From: Microcystaceae cyanobacterium
GTDB taxonomy: Bacteria > Cyanobacteriota > Cyanobacteriia > Cyanobacteriales > Microcystaceae
Length of the DNA: 64,000 nucleotides
Assembly (NCBI GenBank): GCA_041746575.1
Contig: JBGTGT010000022.1
Location: 1 to 64,000 of the forward strand
Reading direction: 5' to 3'
A program made the translations under genes and the position numbers. Shown here piece after piece: positions 39,499-49,896 of the stretch. Every line of letters begins with the position of its first letter. Within the stretch, counting starts at the first letter, position 1. The notes beneath the pieces were generated by a model that did not search any database, was not told where the DNA came from, and was given only the letters and a program-made list of their open reading frames with translations.

Positions 39499-41628
39499 AT
39501 GACTGAATCTTCTTTTGCAGACAAAGCCTATCCCCTTCCTGCACCATTATCTTCTTTTTTGACGCTTGAAATTGATTCTAGCGATACAGAAGCGAGCATT
39601 ACCCTAGATAATCAGGAAATTGGGCTTATTCGTCAACCCGTGGGCTTAATTTTAGCAGTTTTTGAATCGGTAACCGATCATCCTCTTTATTGTACCTGTT
39701 TGGACGTTACGCAAGATAGTGATATTTTAGTAGAATTATTACTAAAATTAAAGGATAATCAATTAATTGCTTTAATAATTAAGTCAAATACTCCGATAAG
39801 CTTAAGCGATCGCACTAAAAATACGTTGAATCATTGGGAAAGTTCTCTAACATCCCTCGATCCTTTTCAAGGAACATACGGTATTATCGGACGTAAAGGT
39901 TCAAGCCATCTAACGGAATCCCTTTCTTCTACGGCTCAGATGAGTTGTGCTATTACCCTTAATTATCAGTCCAATCCGGCAGAAATTGCCTATCCTGTTT
40001 TAATGCTAAGGGCAAGCGATTCAAACGGTGACCACCCCACGCCAAAAATCACTCTTGATGATTGCCCCATTCTATTTGAAGAAAAGGAAAATGAACCTTT
40101 TAAAGTAGTTGTTTTCGATGAATTAACAGGTATTCCTTTGGAAAATGAGAGTTTTAATCCTTGGAATCCCCATGAAGAACGAAGATTTCGGGAATTAGTC
40201 GACACGTTACCTCATGGTAGAGGTATTGCCTGTTGTCTCACGATTGCTGAAGCTACCCTTTTCTCCCGTGCGGAAGCCTTATCCTCTCCTCTACAACGAG
40301 TCATTCAATCGTTAGGCAGTCGTTTTGTCGAAAAATACCAAAAAGGGCAAACGTGGTTTATGGTGGGCTATAAAGGCGTTTCGTCGGGTTCGGCTTTAGA
40401 AATACTCCAAATTTCAACCCACTTTCCCTTAATGCTGAAAGTTTGGTTATCCCCTACACTTTCCCCTTCTGTTTATTGGCAACCTCCGCAAAAATTATAC
40501 GCTCCTAATTACCATAGTGACGATGCTTTTGGGGGAACATTGGCTATGGATGGTAACACCGCTTTAATGGCATCTCCCTTGGCGGATACAGCCCTAGAGC
40601 GCAATGTCGGGGCGGTTTATGTATTTCACTTTAATCAAGGGCAATGGCAATATCAACAAATGCTACAACCCCATGATCTAGAGTATCAGCCTGTTTTTGG
40701 TAAATCAATGGCAATCGAAGGAGAAAAAATTTTAATTGGGGCTTATTTTGCGGATTCCTATTGGAAAATAGCGACAGGGGCAATTTATAGTTTTATTAAA
40801 AAAGAAAAAATGTGGCAACAAAGTCAAAAATTGCAACCCCACGATTTACATCCCGAAGATTGTTTTGGCTGTGCAGTGGCGATCAATCAAGATACTGCCT
40901 TTGTAGGGGCGTACAATAGCTTAAATCTGTTCAGACAAGCAACTGGTGCGGTTTATGTCTTTAAACACATCAACGGTACTTGGCAAGATCAGCAAAAGCT
41001 ACAACCCACTCATTTAGAGAAAGGAGATAATTTTGGACACTCAGTAGCTATTAATGGTAATTTTGCGGCAGTGGGGGCATATTTAGCCCAAACAACAGGC
41101 ATTGTTTATCTCTTTCAGCAGGAAAACGGTATTTGGCAAGAAAGCCAAGTTATACAACCTACAGATTTACAAGCAGGAGACTGTTTTGGATACTCGGTGG
41201 CATTAGAAGGGGATATGTTATTGATTGGAGCAAAAAATGCCAAAAAAGGGGCTAAAATTGGAGCAGGTTCAGTTTATTTTTATCAGTACCGTCATGAACA
41301 ATGGCAACGTATTCAACGGTGGCAACCTTCAGATTTAAGAGGATATGAACATTTTGGGCATTCTGTTGTCTTAGACGGCGATTTAGCGATGGTAGGAGCT
41401 GATCAAGGCAGTTCAGTGACGGAAGCTTATACAGGGGCTGTTTATACGTTTCAGCGACAAGGTAATATTTGGCAGCCTCACCTTAAATTGTATGGCATTA
41501 ATGCTAAGGCCGGCGATCGCTTTGGTTATGCTATTGCCTTGAAAAGAGATCTGATTCTTGTAGGTTCACCGTCAGCAGAAGTATTTGGTCGTAAAGGGGC
41601 AGGGATTGTTTACCCAGGGCATTTTTAA
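39499..41628 (+). CDS. Protein with two ILEI/GG-like domains and seven FG-GAP repeats
   Basis: YGIIGRKG and WFMVGYKG motifs in the N-terminal half. Seven FGx(S/A)VA...VGA repeats in the C-terminal half. Confidence 0.75.
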   Translation: MTESSFADKAYPLPAPLSSFLTLEIDSSDTEASITLDNQEIGLIRQPVGLILAVFESVTDHPLYCTCLDVTQDSDILVELLLKLKDNQLIALIIKSNTPISLSDRTKNTLNHWESSLTSLDPFQGTYGIIGRKGSSHLTESLSSTAQMSCAITLNYQSNPAEIAYPVLMLRASDSNGDHPTPKITLDDCPILFEEKENEPFKVVVFDELTGIPLENESFNPWNPHEERRFRELVDTLPHGRGIACCLTIAEATLFSRAEALSSPLQRVIQSLGSRFVEKYQKGQTWFMVGYKGVSSGSALEILQISTHFPLMLKVWLSPTLSPSVYWQPPQKLYAPNYHSDDAFGGTLAMDGNTALMASPLADTALERNVGAVYVFHFNQGQWQYQQMLQPHDLEYQPVFGKSMAIEGEKILIGAYFADSYWKIATGAIYSFIKKEKMWQQSQKLQPHDLHPEDCFGCAVAINQDTAFVGAYNSLNLFRQATGAVYVFKHINGTWQDQQKLQPTHLEKGDNFGHSVAINGNFAAVGAYLAQTTGIVYLFQQENGIWQESQVIQPTDLQAGDCFGYSVALEGDMLLIGAKNAKKGAKIGAGSVYFYQYRHEQWQRIQRWQPSDLRGYEHFGHSVVLDGDLAMVGADQGSSVTEAYTGAVYTFQRQGNIWQPHLKLYGINAKAGDRFGYAIALKRDLILVGSPSAEVFGRKGAGIVYPGHF

Positions 41629-41769
41629 CCAAAAGCATCTAATTTTATTTCTTTTAAAAGAGGTATTAAGCCATTTGGTAACAGCAGTTACCCAAAAACA
41701 GCCTCAAGCAATTCCTTCGCCATGCTCTTATAATTGGATAGTTTCTCCCAGGGTAAAGGTTAATCATTC

Positions 41770-42234
41770 GTGAAAAAACAGACATTTTCAATTAGAGCTT
41801 TTTTTCAGTCCAAAATGGTGCGATGGTGGATTGTTGGGTTATTTTTTACGGGGTTAAATTTGCCGCTTTTAGGGCTTTTTAAGGAAGTTTTTCGCTTTAA
41901 TGAAACGGTTTCTCTAATCTTAGCTGGAGAAACGGGGACTTTACTTCGTTATTTTGCCAATGATTATTGGGTATTTGGCTATCCTCGTCCAAGTTTTAGG
42001 CGGGGTTGGGAATATCATATTGCTAATTTTAGTAGTTTTCTGGTGTGGATTGTTTGCAGTAAATACGTTTTTTTACCCCTTTTAGATGCTGTATGGGGTG
42101 AGAAAATCATCGGGGATGGTTTACAACTCAATTTGTATCTTTCAACCATTTTAGCGACGTGTGTCTCCGTCGGTTGGAGTATGATTACGAATTTTCTTTG
42201 GATTTGGCGTTCTAAGGGGAAAAAGGAGAAATAA
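41770..42234 (+). CDS. GtrA-family membrane protein
   Basis: Four hydrophobic segments with RWWIVG, NDYWVF and NFLWIW. Confidence 0.8.
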   Translation: MKKQTFSIRAFFQSKMVRWWIVGLFFTGLNLPLLGLFKEVFRFNETVSLILAGETGTLLRYFANDYWVFGYPRPSFRRGWEYHIANFSSFLVWIVCSKYVFLPLLDAVWGEKIIGDGLQLNLYLSTILATCVSVGWSMITNFLWIWRSKGKKEK

Positions 42235-43828
42235 AAATTGAAGGGGGTAATTTAAAGGGTTTTAAATCTTTCGCTAAACAATTGTAAGCTTTCTGATAGC
42301 CTTGAGAATCATTAGACGTAACATAAGGTAATTTTATGACCCTTTCTGATGGTAATAGAGATTGATATCGTTCATAATCCGATTGTTCTAGTTTGATAAA
42401 TTTAACGGTTTTAGGCGGAGAAATAAGGGTGATAGTTGCGTCTCTATCATAATTTTTAACTTGATAATTTTTCAACTGTAAATAAAGAGTTGTAAATTGC
42501 CAAACCCATGCTTCATTGGTCATGTTATTCTCTTTTTTGAGGGCAAGAACGGTGACATTACCGGGAATTGTAGCAATAATGTTTGCTAACGTCCGAGAAA
42601 ATTGAATGGGTGGATGAAAACTCTTATTTTGTGCTTTTCTCACTTCATTATATCCTTGTATATAAGCACCTGAAACCCGATAGCCATCATGAGTAGTAAT
42701 TAATTTTGGAGATTGAGTAATTTGGAAATAAGGGAAACTAGGCATTATTTCAAATGAAAGAATTTGTAGTAGAAAAGCTAAAGTAATGATCACGAAACAT
42801 AAACTTTTAAATTGAAAAGAAGTTAGATATTTTTTTAGGTCTAAAATAATCTTAGCAAATAAAAACGGCAGCAAGATAATACCGGGTATTAAATATTTGG
42901 GGCTAGTTAAGGTAGGTAAAGGGAAAAAAATGGGTAAAATTATCAGAATAATGGCGAAATTTCGCCATCTTCTTTTAATTAAATTCAAACCGACGAAGTA
43001 AACAGCGTAAATAATCAATATTAACCAAACCAAAACATTTGTAATTGAAAATAAGTTATTAAAGGATTCCTGCCATGTCCACTGCTCGACGATTGTTTCA
43101 TGAGATTGGAAAATTTCAAGGATTTTCGGTACGTTGAAAATATCAGTAAGGGTAAAAATCAAGAGTAAGGTTAAACTGACGATGGTATAAATCCCATAAT
43201 TTTCCCCTTTTTCTTTGAGAGATTCATCAAAAATCATAAAATACCAAAGCAATGGTAAAGCTAATAAAAAGTCCAACCTAAAAAAGAGACTAAAGGTTGA
43301 CATTAACCCAATCATAAAATAGCGGATATTCTGCCAGCCGTGAATAGCTTTAAAAGGACTTTTTTGCCAAAATAAAAAAATCAAACAAATTGCCATAGGT
43401 AACATAGTAAAGACAGTAGAGTTGTAATATAATCCACAAAAAAATAATTCAGGAAAGAAAATTAAGAAAGAGAAACAAAGTATTAAATTCAATTGACGTT
43501 GAGCAAATAAATAAATTCCTAAAACCAGTAAACAAATATTGAGAGAACCGATAATCTGAGGAAAAATAAATAGCAGTTTAGGTTGTTGAAAAAACCGATA
43601 AAACCCAAGGTTCAATTCATAAGCTAAAGGTTGCCAAGAATAACGATAAACCATCGCTTTTCCTTTCCAAGAAAAATTTAAAATCCCTTCAATTTGGTCG
43701 ACGTCATCCCCTTCCCAACCGAGGCGATCGCCGAACCATAAAAAAGCGGATAATAAAAGACAATAAAGTATAATCAGTTTAAAGAAGACTGAGTGAAACA
43801 CATTTGATATATTTGTTTTATTAATCAT
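42212..43828 (-). CDS. Polytopic membrane protein, probable GT-C-fold glycosyltransferase
   Basis: About 11-12 TM segments, an acidic EGDD after TM1, FRLD and PKYL; it follows the GT2 operon. Start placed at MINK. Confidence 0.65.
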   Translation of the reverse strand: MINKTNISNVFHSVFFKLIILYCLLLSAFLWFGDRLGWEGDDVDQIEGILNFSWKGKAMVYRYSWQPLAYELNLGFYRFFQQPKLLFIFPQIIGSLNICLLVLGIYLFAQRQLNLILCFSFLIFFPELFFCGLYYNSTVFTMLPMAICLIFLFWQKSPFKAIHGWQNIRYFMIGLMSTFSLFFRLDFLLALPLLWYFMIFDESLKEKGENYGIYTIVSLTLLLIFTLTDIFNVPKILEIFQSHETIVEQWTWQESFNNLFSITNVLVWLILIIYAVYFVGLNLIKRRWRNFAIILIILPIFFPLPTLTSPKYLIPGIILLPFLFAKIILDLKKYLTSFQFKSLCFVIITLAFLLQILSFEIMPSFPYFQITQSPKLITTHDGYRVSGAYIQGYNEVRKAQNKSFHPPIQFSRTLANIIATIPGNVTVLALKKENNMTNEAWVWQFTTLYLQLKNYQVKNYDRDATITLISPPKTVKFIKLEQSDYERYQSLLPSERVIKLPYVTSNDSQGYQKAYNCLAKDLKPFKLPPSIFISPFSP

Positions 43829-43835
43829 GAATGAT

Positions 43836-45212
43836 TCACTCCTTTTGTTCAAATGCTTTATAAATTTTTTTTGCAACTTTTTGCCCTTCTCGGATAGCGT
43901 AATTTGTCCCTCGATCTTCGGGATAAATTTGTGCCATTGTAGCAATATATAATCCCTTAAGTGGACTTTCTATAGAGGGAATCAATTGACTATAGTTACG
44001 AGTCACAATCGGCTGAGAATATTGAGCGCGCCAACAATGATAATCTAAGATCCAATCAACGCTAAATTCAGGGAACATTCGTTGTAAATAGGGAATCGCA
44101 TAATTTAGGATTGCCTTGTTAGACATTTGATAGAGTTCTGCCGTTTTAGGTAAATATTTAGATAAATAGATAATATGTCTGCCACCATAGGTTTCAGTCG
44201 GTTCAAAGTTAGTATGCTCAATAACACCAACAAAGGGAAAATGGGGATCATTGACATTTAACCAGTAGGTTTGAGATAAACTGCGATCTAATTGTAATAC
44301 TAAGCAAATATTAGCTAAGTAATGAATCTTTTGCAGTTTATGATAATACTCATCAATGACATGAGGTTTGACTAAATCTGCAATAATAGGTAAAGCAGGT
44401 GTGGCGATAATGGCATCCCCTTGCAATATACCGTCTTTTGTTTGAATTCCGATTACTTGGTTATTTTCAACTATTAAAGATTGAACGGGGGTATTTAAAA
44501 TAATCTTTCCTTTTTGATAGATTATTTTTGTGGCAATTTTTTCTGCTAAAGCGGCAAATCCTCCTTGATAATAAGCTAACATCTCCTGACCCTTCTGAGA
44601 ACGACTACTCCCTCGTAGTTTTACCTTATTCCAAAACCACACGGCTGAAATTTCCTCAGCAAACTCACCAAATTTTCCCTCTAATAAAGGTTGCCAAACA
44701 ATTTTATAAATTTGTTTACCACAATATTTTAAAAGCCATTTTTTAGCGGTTACGGCTTCTAATTTTTGCCAATTTTTAATTCTTCTAACCCATAAAGTAA
44801 ATAGACCTAAACGAATACGATTAAAAAGATTTAAGGGTTTAAAATTCAACAAATCTAAAGGAGAACTTAATTTAAAAAAGTTATTTGCATAATAAATTCC
44901 TGTTTGTGTCGGACGATAGATCACTTTATCTTCTATCTCTAATTCTTGAATTAGATTCATTACATATTGGTCATTTGTAAACCAGTGATGGTAAAACTTC
45001 TCTAGTTTTTTGCCATTGGATAAAGTAAAACTGCTAGCCAATCCACCGATTTCTTTTTCTTTCTCAATAAGAGTAACTTGAAAACCTTTTTTAGTTAAAT
45101 CATAAGCGGCTGTTAATCCCGTAAATCCTGCACCAATAATAATAATATGGGGTTGATTTTCTCTTAATTGAAATTGATAAAGGTTATTTAATTGACTGAA
45201 AGATTGAGACAT
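43836..45212 (-). CDS. FAD-dependent oxidoreductase (amine oxidase/HemY-like fold)
   Basis: IIGAGFTGL...IEKE...GGLA, FYHH and IYPEDRGTNYA. Confidence 0.88.
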   Translation of the reverse strand: MSQSFSQLNNLYQFQLRENQPHIIIIGAGFTGLTAAYDLTKKGFQVTLIEKEKEIGGLASSFTLSNGKKLEKFYHHWFTNDQYVMNLIQELEIEDKVIYRPTQTGIYYANNFFKLSSPLDLLNFKPLNLFNRIRLGLFTLWVRRIKNWQKLEAVTAKKWLLKYCGKQIYKIVWQPLLEGKFGEFAEEISAVWFWNKVKLRGSSRSQKGQEMLAYYQGGFAALAEKIATKIIYQKGKIILNTPVQSLIVENNQVIGIQTKDGILQGDAIIATPALPIIADLVKPHVIDEYYHKLQKIHYLANICLVLQLDRSLSQTYWLNVNDPHFPFVGVIEHTNFEPTETYGGRHIIYLSKYLPKTAELYQMSNKAILNYAIPYLQRMFPEFSVDWILDYHCWRAQYSQPIVTRNYSQLIPSIESPLKGLYIATMAQIYPEDRGTNYAIREGQKVAKKIYKAFEQKE

Positions 45213-45274
45213 CAGGCTTGTTTCAGGTAAATTCTTAAACTACGGTGATCAAATTCTTTTTAGGCAGAAAATAG

Positions 45275-46270
45275 TCAACTTAAACTTGAGTTTTTCTCTC
45301 TAATAAGGGGAGTATGGGGAGTAGAATCAGTATGAAGAGAAGAAGACTTAAATCCTAACTTTTCTCGAATTAAATATAAAGGACGACGTTTTTCTTCTCG
45401 ATAAATGCGACCAATATATTCACCGATAACGCCTAAAAATACCAATTGTACCCCTCCCATAAATAATAAAGCAATAAAGAGTAAAGTCCAGCCGGGTTCC
45501 CAAAACGAGGTAAATAAGCGTAAAATTAACGCATATATAATTCCGATAATTGCCAATCCAATGGCACAAAAACCAAACCAGATGGCTAATCTGAGGGGAA
45601 TCAGAGAAAAGGAAAGGATTCCATCAATAGCAAAGCGAATCATCTTCAAAAGCGGATATTTACTGACACCTGCTAGCCGTTTATCCCGTTGATAGGGAAT
45701 GGCAATTTGGCGAAATCCCACCCAACTCACCATCCCTCGTAAAAAGCGATCGCATTCTGGCATGGCGAGTAACGCCGTTACTACTTGACGATCTATTAGA
45801 CGAAAATCCCCCGTATCAAGGGGAATTGGCACATCTGAGAGGGTATTAATCAAACGATAAAAGATTTTCGCTGTCCAACGCTTAAAAGCACTTTCTCCGA
45901 TTCTCTCTGTTCGTACGCCATAGGCAACATCATACCCCTCTTGCCATTTGTTTAACATTTCTGGGATTACTTCGGGAGGATCTTGCAAGTCGGCATCGAT
46001 TAAGACGACAGCATCCCCTAAACTATATTCAATTCCGGCAGTAGTTGCCATTTGATGACCAAAATTGCGGGATAATAAGAGAATTCTTATTCTTTCGTCT
46101 TTTCCTTGCAATTGGCGCAATAAATCTGCTGTTTGATCTTGACTGCCGTCGTCGACGTAAATTAGTTCAAAATCAGGAGTGATTTTTTCTAAAACAGCGA
46201 TTAAACGAATATGTGTCGTTTGAATCACGTCTTCTTCGTTATAACAAGGAACAATAACCGAAAGCAACAT
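45275..46270 (-). CDS. GtrB/DPM1-like polyprenol-phosphate glycosyltransferase (GT2)
   Basis: VPCYNEE, VDDGS, SRNFGHQ, DADLQDPP, GDFRL, two C-terminal TMs and EYIGRIY. Confidence 0.93.
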   Translation of the reverse strand: MLLSVIVPCYNEEDVIQTTHIRLIAVLEKITPDFELIYVDDGSQDQTADLLRQLQGKDERIRILLLSRNFGHQMATTAGIEYSLGDAVVLIDADLQDPPEVIPEMLNKWQEGYDVAYGVRTERIGESAFKRWTAKIFYRLINTLSDVPIPLDTGDFRLIDRQVVTALLAMPECDRFLRGMVSWVGFRQIAIPYQRDKRLAGVSKYPLLKMIRFAIDGILSFSLIPLRLAIWFGFCAIGLAIIGIIYALILRLFTSFWEPGWTLLFIALLFMGGVQLVFLGVIGEYIGRIYREEKRRPLYLIREKLGFKSSSLHTDSTPHTPLIREKNSSLS

Positions 46271-46297
46271 ATAGTGTTTTTATTTTTCTTTTAGGCA

Positions 46298-46582
46298 TCA
46301 AAGATGATGACGCGGTTTTATCCATAATAGTTTAACGGCTAGGGTGGCAAAGGCAATAGCAGCGATCGCTTTTAACAAACGAGCCGGTAACACTTGCGCC
46401 ATTCCTCCTCCAATGATGACACCGAGAAAACTCGCTAAAATGAGGGCAGTAATTGACCCCAAAAAGACGGCACGGGGAGACTGAGAGCTTCCTCCCAAAG
46501 CAATAGCCGCCAGTTGACTTTTGTCGCCAATTTCTGCTAAAAATACCGTTATAAAGCTTAATCCAAAAAGGTGCCAATCCAT
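46298..46582 (-). CDS. TMEM165/GDT1 (UPF0016) half-transporter, Hmx2-like
   Basis: A single EIGDKSQ motif in 94 aa. Confidence 0.88.
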   Translation of the reverse strand: MDWHLFGLSFITVFLAEIGDKSQLAAIALGGSSQSPRAVFLGSITALILASFLGVIIGGGMAQVLPARLLKAIAAIAFATLAVKLLWIKPRHHL

Positions 46583-46619
46583 TAATTTTGATGAGTTGTT
46601 AATCGTTATTAATACTGTA

Positions 46620-46952
46620 TTAATACTGTAAAACATCTACCATCAACAAGGCAGTGATAAAAAGTAAGAGGAGAGCCACTGCCGTATTCAAAATATTCGG
46701 GGATAACCGTCTGGCAATCCAATAACCAATCATTACCCCCAAAAGACTGGTGGCGATTAAGGCAGTCGATGCACCCGCAAAGACAATCCAAGGAGATTGG
46801 GATTCTGCACTGATTAAAAGGGTGGTTAATTGGGTTTTATCCCCCATTTCAGCAAAAAATATCGTCAGGAAAGTAGAACTAAATACACTCCAAAAACGCC
46901 AATTCGGAGGGGTAATGGTATTGGGAGAATCTTCTGAGGGAGTAGCCGTCAT
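46620..46952 (-). CDS. TMEM165/GDT1 (UPF0016) half-transporter, Hmx1-like
   Basis: A single EMGDKTQ motif in 110 aa. Confidence 0.88.
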   Translation of the reverse strand: MTATPSEDSPNTITPPNWRFWSVFSSTFLTIFFAEMGDKTQLTTLLISAESQSPWIVFAGASTALIATSLLGVMIGYWIARRLSPNILNTAVALLLLFITALLMVDVLQY

Positions 46953-47341
46953 GAAATTGTTAATAATGAAAAAATTATGAAACATTTGGACTGTTTCTAT
47001 TTAACCCTAGTTCGGTCTGACTGGCAAAAAAGTGGACGAGAGGAGTCGGTGAGATGAAGCGTTAACTAGGATTGCAGATATATACAATAAATTACTTATA
47101 AAATACATTGTATTAGCTTTCTTTTTCAATTAGGTGATCACCAAGGTTGTCGTTTATAAAAGGCGAGGGATTCTAATCAACTGTCCTAATTAATCTGCTT
47201 AATGTATTATACCTAGAATTTCGGATTTTGATCAGTTTAGAATTTTGGATTAAATTTTGGGGTGGAGTGACGCCAACTGATTGCTTTTGAGACAACTATA
47301 AAAATGAAAAAGATGGAAATAATTAGGATAGTCAGAGATAA

Positions 47342-47794
47342 TTATTGAAGATCTGATCCTTCTTGCGTTAGTAAGTTAATATCCCATTGTTGCTTTTGGG
47401 TATTCCAGACAACGCTATATCGAGATTGGCAACCAAAATCATATTGTGAAACAAAAAGATTGCCTTGAAGATCTTGGGTTTCAACTCTAATAAATTGATA
47501 CTTAAAGCAGGAAAAAGTAAGCACTTTACCTGAACTGATTTGAAAGGCAACCCAATTGTCTCCATCTCCGCTCAGTTGTATTTCAATACTTTTAGGAAAT
47601 CCAGTTGAATCTTTTACATATTGTATGGTGCTTTCTGGAGGGCGAATCATTTGTGTGGTATCCCGAAACCACCCATTTAGATTTTCCAGAAAAGTCGACT
47701 GTCCAAAAACAGGTTTAATAACGTAATTTAGACTTATTTCAGCTATTAGAAAAAGAAAGAACATTTTTTTATGAAATTTTTTATTACTTATCAT
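47342..47794 (-). CDS. Hypothetical secreted protein
   Basis: Signal-like N-terminus ending VFG-Q. It overlaps the stop of the upstream gene. Confidence 0.7.
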   Translation of the reverse strand: MISNKKFHKKMFFLFLIAEISLNYVIKPVFGQSTFLENLNGWFRDTTQMIRPPESTIQYVKDSTGFPKSIEIQLSGDGDNWVAFQISSGKVLTFSCFKYQFIRVETQDLQGNLFVSQYDFGCQSRYSVVWNTQKQQWDINLLTQEGSDLQ

Positions 47795-48197
47795 TTTTAT
47801 TCTCCTTTTCTTGAACGCTTACTTTTGAATCTTTGCCCAAAAGATAACCAACAATTGCCCCGTATAAGCCAAAAGCAGGAGCAACTTGCTCAGTGGTTAA
47901 TCCCGCAGTGATAATAAATAATCCAGCAATCACAATTAATGTTGTCACTATCACCAATAAAACATTATCAGCCGTTCCTTTAAAACTTCTCAACAAAAAG
48001 ACTTCACAGATAATTACCAATAAGCCAAATCCTAATACAGCTAACGAAAGCACATATTCTCTATCAGACAACAATACGGTCTGTCCTTGAGCTTGAGGAG
48101 GAGCATTTTGTCCAAAGACAATTGAATTTAATGAAGCACAAAGAACAAGAGAAAGAAAAAAAGTTACAATTAAGCTACGTTTGAAAGGTTTAACCAT
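47784..48197 (-). CDS. Hypothetical membrane protein
   Basis: Signal-like N-terminus ending VFG-Q, three further TM segments and GAIVGYLLG. Confidence 0.75.
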   Translation of the reverse strand: MVKPFKRSLIVTFFLSLVLCASLNSIVFGQNAPPQAQGQTVLLSDREYVLSLAVLGFGLLVIICEVFLLRSFKGTADNVLLVIVTTLIVIAGLFIITAGLTTEQVAPAFGLYGAIVGYLLGKDSKVSVQEKENKNDK

Positions 48198-48369
48198 TTT
48201 TTAGATATCCTAACAATTCATGGTAGCTACCAAAAATAAGGACTAAATTGACGTATTTACTTTATTTTAATTCTAAAAATATTTTTAAGACTAAATAATT
48301 TAACAAAATTAATGTTAACATTTAAAACGAGAAAATAGGCAAAACTAAGGGATACCCTACGGATTTCAA

Positions 48370-48403
48370 GTGGGCAATTAGTCGCTTTTCTTACCCACCC
48401 TAC
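48370..48403 (-). repeat. GTAG-type REP-like palindrome
   Basis: Minus strand reads GTAGGGTGGGTAA...TTGCCCAC, just after the ispG stop. Confidence 0.65.
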
Positions 48404-48419
48404 AATTAATTTTCAAAGA

Positions 48420-49634
48420 TTAAGGCTCAACCCAACGGCCATCTGCTTTAATTAAGTCAATTAAGGACTTAACGCCTTGTTCTTCGGGAACTTTCTTAAT
48501 TTCATCCCGCCCGCGATAAAGAGAAATATAACCCGGTTGCTTACCAACGTAACCATAATCTGCATCGGCCATTTCGCCGGGTCCATTGACAATACATCCC
48601 ATCACTGCTATATCTAAACCGGTAAGATGTTTGGTCGCCTCTCGCACTTTATGCAGGACTTCTTCGAGATTGAATAAGGTACGACCACAAGACGGACAAG
48701 CGACGTATTCTACCATCGTTTTTCGCAGTCCCAACGCCTGTAGAATGCTATAACAGACTGGAATTTCCTTTTCCGGAGCTTCAGTTAAAGAAACGCGAAT
48801 CGTGTCGCCGATACCTTCTGCCAGTAACGTACCAATTCCAGCTGTTGACTTAATTCGCCCATATTCACCATCTCCTGCTTCAGTTACCCCTAAATGGAGA
48901 GAATAATCCATACCTGATTCATCCATGCGCTGTGCCATGAGACGATAAGCCGCTAACATCACAGGAACGCGGGACGCTTTAAGGGAAATAATAAGGTTAT
49001 AGAAGTTGAGCGATTCACAAATACGAATAAACTCTAAGGCTGATTCCACCATCCCTTCTGGGGTGTCACCGTAAGTAAACAGCATTCTTTCGGATAAAGA
49101 GCCGTGATTAACCCCAATACGCATGGCTTTGCCTTGATCTCTTAAGGAAATTACTAAAGGTTCAAGGGTTTCTCTGATTTTTTCACCAATTTCTGCAAAT
49201 TCACTTTGAGTATACTCAGTACGGGTGGCACTGGGTTTTTCAAAAACGTAGAGGCCGGGGTTAATTCTGACTTTATCAACGTGTTTAGCAACTTCTAAGG
49301 CGATTTTCATGCCATTATGATGGACATCTGCCACCAAAGGCACAAATTTATAGGTTTTTGCTAGTTTTTCTTTGATTTCTGCTAATGCTTTAGCGTGTGC
49401 CATACTAGGGACAGTGACTCGGACAATTTCGCATCCGATTTCGTGAAGACGGCGAATAGCGGCGACAGATCCATCAATATCGAGGGTATCCTCGTTAATC
49501 ATCGATTGGACGACCACAGGATACCCCCCACCAATCGTGACATCACCAACCTTAACAGGACGCGTCTGACGACGGTGAATCGTGGTATCAAATTCAGGAC
49601 GAGAGGAAGATTTAGGCGTTTCTAGGGTTTGCAT
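48420..49634 (-). CDS. ispG: (E)-4-hydroxy-3-methylbut-2-enyl-diphosphate synthase
   Basis: [25 protein letters not shown] and [10 protein letters not shown]. Confidence 0.97.
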   Translation of the reverse strand: MQTLETPKSSSRPEFDTTIHRRQTRPVKVGDVTIGGGYPVVVQSMINEDTLDIDGSVAAIRRLHEIGCEIVRVTVPSMAHAKALAEIKEKLAKTYKFVPLVADVHHNGMKIALEVAKHVDKVRINPGLYVFEKPSATRTEYTQSEFAEIGEKIRETLEPLVISLRDQGKAMRIGVNHGSLSERMLFTYGDTPEGMVESALEFIRICESLNFYNLIISLKASRVPVMLAAYRLMAQRMDESGMDYSLHLGVTEAGDGEYGRIKSTAGIGTLLAEGIGDTIRVSLTEAPEKEIPVCYSILQALGLRKTMVEYVACPSCGRTLFNLEEVLHKVREATKHLTGLDIAVMGCIVNGPGEMADADYGYVGKQPGYISLYRGRDEIKKVPEEQGVKSLIDLIKADGRWVEP

Positions 49635-49896
49635 AACGTTTTTTCAATCGGTAGCGAATCTAACCACTCTCTATTGTAAGGTTTGATGGGCAATGAATAG
49701 CGAATAATTAGGATTTGTTATTTTCAAGCTCGTTTTTTTGATCAAAGACAACAATTACAGTTGTTTGAAGATTGATTATAATTTTTAGTTAAATGTCGTA
49801 GATTCTACGGAAATAGTTTTTACTTTTCTTGATAAATCTATTGTATTTTATGTGATATCTTGAGGAGTATAAGACATTATCTAGAAGGTCAAAGTC

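Noticed and set aside
46298..46952. Split TMEM165 gene as a pseudogene
   Set aside because: Two half-size UPF0016 genes are a known normal arrangement in cyanobacteria.
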